From: Atractiella rhizophila
Taxonomy: Eukaryota
NCBI GenBank assembly: GCA_021432655.1
Contig: MU271315.1
Span: forward strand, 1-64,000
DNA: 64,000 bases
Direction of reading: 5' to 3'
Position numbers and translations under genes: made by a program. The notes beneath the pieces are model-generated. The model worked only from the letters and a program-made list of their open reading frames with translations, was not told where the DNA came from and made no database searches. Below are positions 1 through 13,499 of the stretch, in pieces. Within the stretch, counting starts at the first letter, position 1, and each line of letters begins with the position of its first letter.

Positions 1-462
1 CGATTCACATCGATTCGCCGCAGTCGAGATCGCGCAAGGCGAGTGGGAGAGGGATGGAGAGATAGAGACGTTGTTGATGTGTCGTTGGACACCGACTTTG
101 GCCACTCTATGACAAGTCATCCAGAACCCAATACTACCACGGTACCGCCTCGATTGGGACGGGACATCTCTCCAGACCGAGTTCCATTCCTCCGGCGTAC
201 GACAACGTCCACTTCCGAACCACGAAGAGGATCTGAGCGAAACTCGTCGAGGTCCGATGTACCGAGAAGACTCACTTCCGCAGAGCGTGCTCAGGAGGCT
301 AGCTCTAGATCTCTCAATTCCGATCAGGTAGCTGCGCTGTTGGCGCTGGGAGCGTCAGCTAGCAGCCGTTCGGGTGCAGAAGTGACTGATGTGGAAGTCG
401 ATGAAGGGGGCGTGCGTGTCCTTGACGGAGTCCGCTGGGTCGTTTACGATGATGCCTTTTGA
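1..462 (+). CDS. 3' end of an uncharacterised protein (Ser/Arg-rich low-complexity C-terminus); gene starts upstream of the window
   Basis: Open frame to TGA at 460-462, followed by AT-richer 3' UTR-like sequence. Confidence 0.5.
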   Translation, partial: RFTSIRRSRDRARRVGEGWRDRDVVDVSLDTDFGHSMTSHPEPNTTTVPPRLGRDISPDRVPFLRRTTTSTSEPRRGSERNSSRSDVPRRLTSAERAQEASSRSLNSDQVAALLALGASASSRSGAEVTDVEVDEGGVRVLDGVRWVVYDDAF

Positions 463-673
463 AGACTTGTTTTCATTGCAAAATTACGATATGTTCACCG
501 ATGCTTGTGTAGCACCTAATCATCGCTTCAGTTGTATCATTACTCTTTATTCTCACTCATATGTCGCTTGAACAGTGGAACCGTATACGGCTTATGCATT
601 TTATGAACTATCTTCTTTTCGATTCTCCTGTCACGTCTCGGTAGTTAGGATAGATGAAATCGATATGTGATTT

Positions 674-3506
674 TTAGGCTGTATTTGCGAGAATCATATC
701 TAACGCTCCTCTAACTTGCGTGAGCTCCTTCTGGACTTGCAACTCATCAGCTACCTTCTTCCACAGTCGTCGAAAGAGGTCGTCTATTACTGGGGACTGT
801 CCTAGAACGGGGGTGTATATCTCTGCAGCCAGGATCAGTGAGAAGCGAGAAGGAAGGTTTAGTGGACTAACCTATTAGAACTGTGGCGACGTCACAAGTC
901 GTAACGCAATATCGAGGGTCTGTTACATGCCGCAGGAGGAACGAAAGAATAGGCTCGAGGGAAACATCATCTCTAGACGCGAGCGCTGAATGAAGTCCAT
1001 CGCGATGGATGAGTTCGAGCAGTACTGCAAACGTGGTTGGAGGCAACACTCCCTATCCGCTTCCATGATGAGCACACAGGAAACAGAAAACGGAGAGGAG
1101 GAGAATACATACCTTCTGCAGCGCCGCATTCAGTGCCTCACCGTACCGGAAGCTTTTCAGGAACCGATCCCATTCTTTCAGCTTTTGCTTCTTCTGCCTC
1201 CCGACCGTCCGCTCCACGCCAGCATGCACCTTTATCGGTTCTTGGAGTGAAGCACCGGAATGAATACCGGTCTGCGATTGGCCCTTTAGAAAGCTGTCGT
1301 AATCTCCTCGACTGATAGCCGCTGCCCTGGCGGCTCGTTCTGCCTTCTCTTTCGGGGTAATAAGTCGACGACGGATTGAGAGAGATCCGTCAGCACTACC
1401 GCAGAGCAAGCAAGAGTCGTCTTCCTTCAGGAGCAAAATAGATTCCATGAGCAAGCGAGTTAGGTCATGGAGAGGACAACACTGACGGCGATTTGCAAGC
1501 TCAAGATTTGTCCCCCATACCTAATGGTATGACGAACTTTCCAATTCTCCTCCACATCGTAGACTTTGACCAATCCATCAAGTCCACCACTAAGGAGTCT
1601 CGTCGCGTCGCCATTCCAAGTCTATGTCGCCTCTTTAGCGGGAACGGGCTCTGTACAGAACATAAGAACAACGTACAAGGCAAGTAACTGTCTTTTGATG
1701 ATTCCTCATCGTTTTGATGCACCTGGGACCACTCGTTCCCTCTCCATTTCCTTCATCCGTGCCAAAGCTCATCAAGTCCCACACCTTCAACATAGCTCCA
1801 CCAGCTGTTATAGCGAGTGTTCCTTTGGGATGGACGAGGACAGCTTCGACAGGTTGTCCATGATTGAAAACGGCGACTTCGTTACTTTTCTGCTCTCCTT
1901 CAGGACCTTGCTGAATCCTCGCATCCCACAAGCGTGCAGTCCCGTCATAAGATCCGGTGAGAATAAGATTGTGATCGGTGGGTAGGAAGCAGGCGGATTT
2001 GACGTAGTCTGTGTGCCCTTTGAAGGTGGCGATTTTTGCAGCAGTAGGTAGGTCGAAAAGGGCCGCAGTATTGTCAGATGACGCGGTTAGGATGGTAGTT
2101 GATGTTGGAACGGGAGAAAAGGAGATCGAGTTGATCGGGCTGTGAGTAGAGTCGGAGTCTTGTTAGTCAAGAGTGCGATAATTAACCTGAAATGGGACAG
2201 GTGTAGAAATCAAGCGAGAGAGCTTGGATGTTGCGAAAGCATCCAGTTGTTTTCAAGCTGGATTGCGAGGCAAGACGAGGACATAGAGGAGTAGGGGATA
2301 TCCTAAAGAAAATGGCTTTCTCGAGGTATGGAAACGTTTTCTGTTGTGAAACCATCCTGCCTCTGCATCGTACATGATACAAAGCAGAGAAAGTGGCGCG
2401 GCTTGGGCCGCCGTAACACTGCAAACACAGAACTCCAACCTTTGATGCCATCAAGGTAGACTCCAGAGAGTCCTAGGACCAATGGCAAATGGTGCGACCA
2501 CGCAAAACTGTTTCATAGTATGGTTCTCCATCATGAAACTGAGCGAACCGACAGCAACCTTCTTCTCGATTGCCTCAGCCTCATCTCGAAGAAAACGAAG
2601 TTTCTGAGAAAAGTCGATCATGTTGAATATTTTCGCGTAGTATGCAGCTCCATCGTGAATCACACAGATAAGAAAGTGAGTTGCGCTTGTTTGCAGAATG
2701 GGCGTCGTCTCATTCTTTGTACAAAAGGAAGTCCTTCCTTTCTTAACAGTTGCTATATCGTTAACAAGCAGAACTGTCGTCCTCTTTCGATATGCCTTTC
2801 AGTCACAGAGTGAGTTCCGTCTCTGCCGGAACAAGGCTTCATTAATAAAAAGAGATCGCAGGTTCTTGAGAGATTCTTTTCGCAATTGAAGACAAGTACA
2901 CCAAAGCTTTCGAGAGGAGGAAGTCCAACAGGAGGTTCTCTGGAGCAGACAGTGTCGTTTAATTCTCGACTTGCTGACTGTACCAAAACATTCAAAGTCT
3001 CGGGCAAAGAGTAAAGAATAAACGCAACGGCATAAGCCCAAACCTCACGGAACACATAAAGGTCCTGAAATTGAACAACCCGCATCGCCCACAAGCTTTT
3101 CAAGGGAGGAAACTCACCCGTCATGGACCTTTCCTCCGCGTAACATCTCCCTCTTTCCCCTCTCCGTCTCCCACACTCCCACTGCCCCTTTTTCATCCCC
3201 AACAGCGACGAGCTTTCCATCCTTCCTCAACCCCACACTTTTGAGCACGTCCTTGAACCTCGTTATCGTCTTTGTGGTCTTGCCATTTTTCGGGTTAAGG
3301 AGGTAGAGGTTCAAGTTCGCTGGTAGGGCTAACAGGTTGGTTGGAGAGGGAGAAGAGGTGAGGGAGAAGCTGGAAACCGGAACGGGGAACTTGAGGTAGA
3401 TTGGAGAGCGGTACAACCTCCATTGATGCGATTCTTTCGCCTTCGGTTGCTGAGTGAGCGATAGCCCAGTGGCATGACGCTTTGGAAGGGTCTTTTGGAA
3501 CTCCAT
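674..3506 (-). CDS. UTP15: U3 snoRNP/SSU processome WD40 protein Utp15 (spliced)
   Basis: Exons read TITRFKD..R.DGKLVAVGDE.G, HTDYVKS..ILTGSYDGTARLWD, HQKTVTCL, and a C-terminal LKEWDRFLKSFRYGEALNAAL..ELIHRDGL.SALA.RD Utp15_C-like region. Intron 1 is 2140-3117. Confidence 0.9.
2140..3117 (-). other. Unusually long (978 nt) first intron of UTP15, hairpin-rich; candidate structured RNA host
   Basis: GTGAGT donor at 3117, TGACTAAC branch near 2162-2169, CAG acceptor at 2140-2142. Splicing joins ..VHDG to PINSISFSP in frame. Confidence 0.8.
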
Positions 3507-3754
3507 CCTCCTCCTATCTTCCTACGAAAAATCTGAAGCGAAGTGCTCCCTCTTCCCTGCTCGATTCGTGATCGGCAGTTCAGGCGGCCGAAAATCAGTG
3601 AAGAAAGCCTGTCGGAAGGTGAGTTCTCGGTGAAGCCACGCCGATGGCCTTGTCTTGACGCGGTCTTGAGAGGGTATAAGGAAGGACGACCGTGAGTTGC
3701 AGGAGGGAGGAAGCAGGAAGTTCGTCGCTACTAATACTCAAACCTGGTTTGTCA

Positions 3755-3766
3755 GAAAATTTTTTC
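3755..3766 (-). promoter_or_regulatory. RRPE-like motif (GAAAAAATTTTC) upstream of UTP15
   Basis: Resembles the yeast ribosome-biogenesis RRPE element and lies about 250 nt upstream of a Ribi gene. Short motif that could occur by chance. Confidence 0.35.
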
Positions 3767-3949
3767 TTGTTTCTTGCCGCGGAACAGTCATCTGCACCAC
3801 AACAACACGGGTGCTGCCGAGTCTCACCTCATTCGATCATTCGACGACAAGACACTAAATAAGTCCTATAAAAGGGTGCTCAAGCACTTCCATTTCGTCA
3901 TATTCCACGCCCATCTCAGGACAGCGAGAGAACAAACCAGAGCAGCAAT

Positions 3950-4917
3950 ATGAAGATTCTCACGAAAGAAGAGATTGATGAGTGCGTTTGCTTTGCTGAG
4001 TGGGAGTCTGGGATATTAATATAATACTCGGTAGACACTACCGCTACACCGTCCGCTATGGCTTAGGATATGGAGGAGCGGCCACGCTGGGTGCGATGGG
4101 AGTTGTAGCGATGGGAGTGCGACGAAACTGGCGTGCAGTGACGCAACTGACCGTGCGCAGTCTTCATCTTTCTTTCGGTAGAAGGGAAACCAACGCGACG
4201 GTTTGGGGATAGATCCCACTTCGTGCAGTCACTGTTGTCTCAGTCGGTTTGATGGCCTTGGTCATTGGTGGAGAGGAGGGATCGAGGCAGTACGAGATCA
4301 AGCGAATGTTAACTGACCCTTCGGGGAGGGAGAAAGCGAAGGAAGGTGCACGAGAAGTTCAATGGGAGCAACAGGTTTGTTTCTCTTCTCCCCTCCCTTT
4401 GCTTTGCTTTGCTGCCACCACATTACTTGTCCATGTTCTAACGGGGGATGAATTTCAGGCAGGTCTGACGTCACCTGAAGCTCTTCGAGAACACGAAATG
4501 GCGCAAATGAGCCCATACGATCGAAGGATCGAATGGGTGAAAGACAACAAGATGAAACTCATCACTGGAATATGGGCTGCCTCGTTGGGAGGATCATTTT
4601 TCCACATCTATCGCTCCCCTCTCTCCTTCGCTCAGAAGATCGTTCAAGCAAGAGTATACGCTCAGGTGCGCTAGACTTCCCTGTTGTTCTGTCACTTCAA
4701 ACAACAATCGCCCGGAAATTGATGTTGACTTGTCCCGTTTTGTTCGTGGGGGCAGGCGGTAGCTGTCATCCTCGTCCTTGCCGGTGCGGGGGTCGCCACT
4801 TTGAACACGGCGAGCAGTGCGAGGGAAGAGGAGGAGAAGGAGGACCGAGAGAGGGCGGCGTACAGGTTTAAGAAGCCGATCAACCATAACCATGGTTCGG
4901 CTTCATCTTCTTCATGA
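3950..4917 (+). CDS. RCF2: HIG1-domain respiratory supercomplex factor 2-like protein (spliced)
   Basis: MKILTKEEIDEH start; W..DNK..LITGIWAASLGGS..LSFAQKIVQARVYAQ HIG1 motif; TATAAAA at 3867. Confidence 0.85.
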
Positions 4918-6139
4918 TCTTGTTTCGGTGGGTCGGTTCGAGCCCATTTGTGTCCTCAAAATTGTGTATATGTTTCGTTATTGAGTCTTCATTGCCTTTG
5001 TCGTGAGCTTAGGCAGGCGTGTACTGTTAGATTGCCCATTATACCCCTGTTAATTGGCCCAACTCTTTTCGTAACATGACGCATAAGAATTAAATTCCCG
5101 TGCAGCTGTGTCTTGCGCGCAAATAGATGACCTAAGTGGTTTGATAAAGAACTAAAGGGAGAAGGTAATGGTACTGCACCGTGTTGCTTTAAGAGAGCGG
5201 TGGTACTATTTCTCGAGTGTCTCTTGCATCGAGCTTGAAAGCAAGAGTCGTCAGTCCATTGTTCAGGTTGGCTACCGAGTGGCCTCAGACATTTCCGCAG
5301 TTTCTTATGAAGACCTTCAAGTTAGGAAGACTACTGTGCAGTGTGTGCGAATTGTGTTTGGACTGATAGGATACAGTGTGTAACGGTGTGCTATGTTGGG
5401 AAGCGATTCAGCCCTCCACAATTTGCTTGACTTGTGTAACATGTCAAGAATTTTGCGAGCAGGAAGAGTGGGCAGAGTTGCGGTTGCGGTTTCATCAAAG
5501 GCTTAAGAACGCTCATTCCCGTGTGGGATCCTTTTGTTCTCCTACAATTGACAAGATAGTCCATGATCACGCTGATCGTGATAGTGCATGGATAAATCCC
5601 GTCGGTCCGGATGGCGAGCCGCTTAAAGGGAGGAGACGCGTGCATCTTTATCAAGCGACCTTGTCCTTGATAGAGGGCCATGGCAGGAGGACTGAAGACA
5701 GATACGGACTGTTGGTCCCCCACTATCGACAGCGTCATTTTGACCCCTCTTCCTTCATGGTCAAATGGAAGTCCTGCCTATTCACAGACTAGTCCAATAA
5801 TCACGGACTCTTGATTCCAAGTTCAACGCGAAGGAAGACCCTCTCCCCACGACAATGCACATGAACCGTGTGATCCCTGATCAAGTTACCAGATATCCAG
5901 AGTTCAAGCACAACAAAATGGTGTACGGCAATCCAGTCACTTTCACCTTGGCTCGATGTATTGCGCCGCCGTTGCATGCTTTTCTCCCCACCAGGAGGCG
6001 GAAGCCTGTTCAACACCCGCCTCAGGCGTCAGAGCGAGATATAAAAGAGGTCGAAGAGATTCGAGTTCGCTAGCTGGTTCGCTAGTTCTATCATCCCTGA
6101 CGATCCGACCCCCGTTGTCAACATCGAATTTCCTTAATC

Positions 6140-8469
<2,330 letters not shown>

Positions 8470-8687
8470 AAGATGTAAAAATTGACAACGATGTTGTAGC
8501 ATATTTGTTATGATTGTGATGCATATGATGATCCATACCTCTCGCAGTGTTGCAATGATATCATGTTATTCGACTCAAAGTCACCTCTCAGCATCCTGGC
8601 GTCACACGATGTCCCAAAACGTGAAACAAAATCAATTTCCATGATGATACAGTTTATTACATCCTCTTGCGACCTCACTGGTCGTAC

Positions 8688-11069
8688 TCAATCACCCATA
8701 TCTGGTTGCGGCCAATCTCTGACCTTCTGCTCTGTCTCCCAGGGATCGAAGCCGCCAGAAAATATTGAATCTGGGTTACTTGGGACAACGTTCCCAGCAC
8801 CAAGATCTGCGACTGCTGCACCACCTAATCCTTCAATTCCAGTATGATTCAGAGCTGCTGTAGAATTCGATGTCGATGTTGAATGGGAATGGGTAGAACG
8901 TCGGATAGGGATGCGGATTCGGCGCTTTTTCTCAGGTGAAGCGTTTGCCTCGCCGATGAGCATATCATCCATAGGTCGCTTGTTATTCAGGGCAACCTGG
9001 GTGACAGCGTCAACCAGATTACTCTGCGTGCTGTTCTGTGCCGCACTTCGACGTGTGTTAGAGGATGGGCCAGACATGGACGCGGTCGCTCGGTGGGACC
9101 CGTTTTCAGGGTCGGAGAAGCTGGACATGCTAGTGGCTTTGGACAGTGGGCTGGATAAAATCTGATCGGCCGAACGATGTGCCGTAGTCGTGAATAGGCT
9201 CTGTGGAAGTTGAAGAACTCGTTTAGCAGGGGTTTTCCTGGACGGTGCCTGAGGATTACGAAGAGAGCCGTCATTGTCGTAAATATGTGTGAGCTTAGAT
9301 GTATCGAAATTTCTGCAAGGAAAGGTCAACCATGGGACAGGAACAAGAAGCGTACGACTTACTGCACAAAATTATGTATGCTCTTGACGACCGTAGTGTT
9401 CTTTGAGATATTCCCTTGATGTGCTCCTTTGATCTTGGTTCGCAGCTTCTCGATTGCTTCCAACATATCTCCATCGTTGAGATGTGCCCAATTGCTTATC
9501 TGCAACAAATATGTTATGCACGTCTTTTGCAGAAGGAGAACTTACCGCCCATGGTAGCCACGTAAACTCAATGGGCGCCTGGCACAATGTTCAACATGAA
9601 CTAAAAGTGACGAAGGAATGAGAAACTTACGAGAGGCTTTCCAGTTTGGAAGACCCGATGAACTTTCCTGACCTCCCCATCCTCATTCGAATCCAACACG
9701 CTTTTTTTCATCTTTGGAGCAACCATAGCATTTGCTGGTTGCAGCATGGTAAGACGCTGTAAACGATTAAGATTGTTCTCGACCTCGTTCCTCGTTTCCT
9801 CCATCGGCGGTGCTGTTCTAGTCAGGAGGGTGTTGTGGAGAGTTTGAGGGGTAATATTTTTGAGCTTCTCCTTGTTGGTGAGCGGCAAGAAAGTGTGGAT
9901 TATTTCGCAGAACGCCTGGAAGTCGCCGCCTCGCGTGAAGGTTATGATGCGGTTGCAGAAACCGTACCCGTTGTCGTCACGCTCGTAGTAACGTTTGACT
10001 ACCTTGCATGTAAGAGGCTTGCACTTTGTTTTGAGGCCGAGAGGAACAGACCTAGATACCTCGCCCAATCCGGATATGGGCCGGTCAACGCTTGGAGCTT
10101 CTCAGCAGCAGTCAACGTCTTCCCATTCTATTTGAGGCATCAAACGGGAGCGAGAGGGAATATAAATCTGAAATTCTCACTTGTATACGTTGAAAGAGGT
10201 CTCTTTCTTGATCGTCACTGAGCTCGCTGTAGATGACGACATGAATTTCCTTGCTCCTCATCACGCGCTTTGCATTCTCTGGTAGTTCCCTTTTTATCTT
10301 CGTGCGTTTATTCGGATCTATCTCGTAGTACCATTTATAACGATCCTTCCTTTTTGAATATCAGTTCCATATCGTAAGCGTCAAATAAAGAAGTACCGAG
10401 TTTCTAACGCAATCTTGCCCTGCATGAAGCTAAACATTTCGATTACTGTTGGGCTTCAATGTGGGACATGGCATACTGTTTGATGCTGGTAAGCCTTTGT
10501 TTCCCATCCTATCTAGTAGTCAGCTCAGTGATGAGGAAAGATAGAATACGACACACAACACAACGATAGTACTCCTGATTGTCTTTCACATAGGACGCCA
10601 ACAGAATGGGTGGAATATGTGCATTGATAGCAATACTGTTAACTACACAGATCCTGGTTCAGCAACGTGCTACAGCTACTGTAAGAACATCTCTCACTCA
10701 ACCCGATTTGTTGTCCAATACCCCAGACAACATCTCGTTGATAGTCGGCTTCCAAGTCGATTATTCCATCCTCAACCTTTGATGCCAAAGCTGCCTCTCT
10801 CTCTTACCCTACTCCTTACATTCCAGAGAGCAAAGGAAGCACATACAAGAAAGCTCCCAAACGACCCCTCGAGGCTTTGAAAGGGCATCAAGCCGAAATT
10901 CTCCATCATCATTCTTCCTCCCACGTTTCCGTTTGCTCGCGCTGGCACTATGTGATGGCACCTCCTCCTCTAACTCATCACTGTCCACCGATGGCTCGTA
11001 AAGCTCAGCTTCTGTACCATCTGACAGTTGGTCTAAGCCATGCTCAGGGAGAAATTCAGCGTCTGACAT
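8688..11069 (-). CDS. DUF262 (GmrSD N-terminal, ParB/Srx-like) domain protein, spliced, with acidic N-terminus, basic NLS-like patches and disordered C-terminus
   Basis: Spliced translation gives IDLEADYQRDVVW (YQR at 10735-10743), LINSIAINAHIPPILL, CVDGKQRLTSI (DGKQR at 10494-10508) and ERDLFQRIQ/NGKTLTAAEKLQA (10181-10195). Confidence 0.8.
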
Positions 11070-11638
11070 CGTGACTGAACCCGATTGCGATGTAAACAAT
11101 TCTCAAGTTGAAACACGCGAGGATAGATTACGCGACAATGAGACAAGACTGGCGTTGCCTGTTGTAGATTTGTTATGTCTGGTTGGGTTCTTCTCAGGCG
11201 GATGGAGAATCCGCGGACCCGGAAGAGTCATGAAAAAACACAAACAGGAAGGTCAAGGCAGATGTTGAAAGTGCACAGGGTGGGAATTCACGGGTGTTTT
11301 GGTAGATAGGACTAGATAGTCGTGATACTTCCGTGCGCTCATTTGTTCACAATTTTGACACCAAGCACCGCGTACAAACAGCTTTTCCCAGTCCACGGAT
11401 CTACTGGAGATGACACTGGGTTTGACCTTTTTTCCCCATCGTGATCAGTTCATATATCCATGAATATTCTGTTGAAATGCCTTGCCGTGCTACAACCCAC
11501 AATCAGAGGTGGTTGAAGTGGGTCGCCTCACTGCACTGATGGCCGATATTTAGCGGTTGACGTGGTTTGCAAACGTATTTGTCAGCAGATCAGAGCAGAT
11601 GGAGCTGAAAACGATGTGTAACCTGCCCCAACGTCCGC

Positions 11639-11692
11639 TGTATAATTTTGTATAATTTACAGTAATTGCGCCTCTTACAGTAATTGCGCCTC
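11639..11692. repeat. Short tandem repeats: TGTATAATTT x2 followed by TTACAGTAATTGCGCCTC x2
   Basis: Directly visible in the intergenic sequence. Confidence 0.8.
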
Positions 11693-13499
11693 ACGCCTTC
11701 TTTCTAGTCGATTCTGATCCCTTTGATTCCGCCCTAGATTCATTATCGTAGCTGTTCCAAGGATGGTTTCTCTCTAATAACGGTTATCTCTAACAAAAGG
11801 GAATACACGAACGAACTTTTTGGACTCTGGAACAATCCCTTCACAGTTCATTACACAGGAATCACCACTGTGTTGCTTTGCATCCAAATCCCTAGGTTGA
11901 AGGCACCTTCTTTCTGCTTCTAGTGTGTGAACAAACTCTGAGTTGAGAACCAAGCTTGTTTCCAATTCGCACCTTGAGCTCCTTTACAACCTAGGTTTCG
12001 GTTTCTCACTTGTCGACAGATTCGAGAAATGTTCGAATGCATGGACGTGAAGAAATACCTTAACTCCTGGTAGGGAAATCTGCATGTTTGGACTTGACAG
12101 CTTCCTCGGAGTAATTTGGTGTTATCTCGAACCGTCTCGAAGCACTGTAATTTCTGGATGAGCGATAACGAAGACACAGTTCAAAAGCAGTGTTTCTGAC
12201 CCTCGTTCCTTGCAAACTATTCCGACGCGGGAAGGAATCCGGTGGGTGAAGATGAATGCAGTGCCACGAATACTAACTGCTTGGAAGTGTTTATCGCCGG
12301 AAAAAGAATGGTGCTGCTTCCAGGGAAACGTTGAAGGGAACAATTCAGGTCGTGACGTGCGTGACAGGCGATAGGACGTGATCCCTTTGGCGTGAGATCG
12401 GTGGAAATGACAAAGTTATCAAAGCCTCTCACGCATTTCACATTCTATCTTTTGGATGCCTATTTTTTCCCATGTCTGGCAGCCGACCATGTTGATTTTA
12501 GACCTGGGATTGCACGAGTGCTCCTTGGACGGTTTTCGATTCATTTCATCCAATATCCTCAACCAGAGATAGCTGATTGTGTGGGGAACGAAGGAACGCG
12601 AGTGTTCCACCCTGGCAAAGTCCGGACCGCAGAGGCTTTGAACAGCAACTCCGGTCAACGTGCTCCGACAACCTCACCTTGAAGCTTGCAGCCTTCGATC
12701 CACCTTGTGTGAAGCTATGTCACCGAGGTCAAGTTGACCTGAGTTGACGTTGAGAAGCTCTCCAGGTTGCTTACCCCAAATTCACGTACCTTTGGCCAAT
12801 TTTCTAAGTTGGCTCCAGATACTTAAATGCACTCTCTCCCATGATTGCTTCTTTGGGCGCGGCTAACCCGACGGGCAACTCAAAATATTGACGGCCGGTT
12901 TCAGCCCTCAGCCTGGCGGAAACAGGTGGAACGCACCAACCCTCTTCCACCAATTTGCGGCAGAAAGCCGTGCGAAGGTTGCGTCGGATATTCTGGCTTT
13001 GGTTAGACAGATGGTCAAACGATGCAGGGATCTTCAGCCAGATGCTCAATTCAACAATCTTTCCTCCAAAGCTTCAGCCTCGGTCCCAAATGGGATCCGT
13101 TCACCTGCTGTGAAACACATGCACGGGTATGGGCAAACGCTTCGCCTTGCTGATTTGGCCGTGACCTTCCTTACGATTAATCGATTAGCTTTAACGTGGG
13201 TTGATTAAAAGGTTCGGAAGGGCCGCTCCCACCTATTAACAAGCTTCTTGACCAGCCCGGTTGGAATGGACATCATGATCGTGATGCAGTCCGAGCGGTC
13301 GCACATGCACCTGCGGGATGTTACGTATCGGTTGCAACACATGTGCAATGACACTTGATCATCCGGAGGTCAAAGTTATACTTCAGACACAGTACATTGA
13401 TGAGCAGTTATAAGGGGAATGGCTAGCTCCTTCCTGCACTTTTCGCTCTCCCCAGACTCTTCCTTTCCCTCAGCTTCTCCTTTCTAGCTGGCTCTCGCA

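Noticed and set aside
2140..3117. UTP15 intron as telomerase RNA, RNase P/MRP, or a nested protein gene
   Set aside because: No CCCTAA-type template on either strand, no convincing P4/CR-I and CR-V pair, and the ORFs are short with no recognisable motifs
5376..5792. 138-aa ORF upstream of the chitinase
   Set aside because: Non-ATG start, no recognisable domain and no clear splice context
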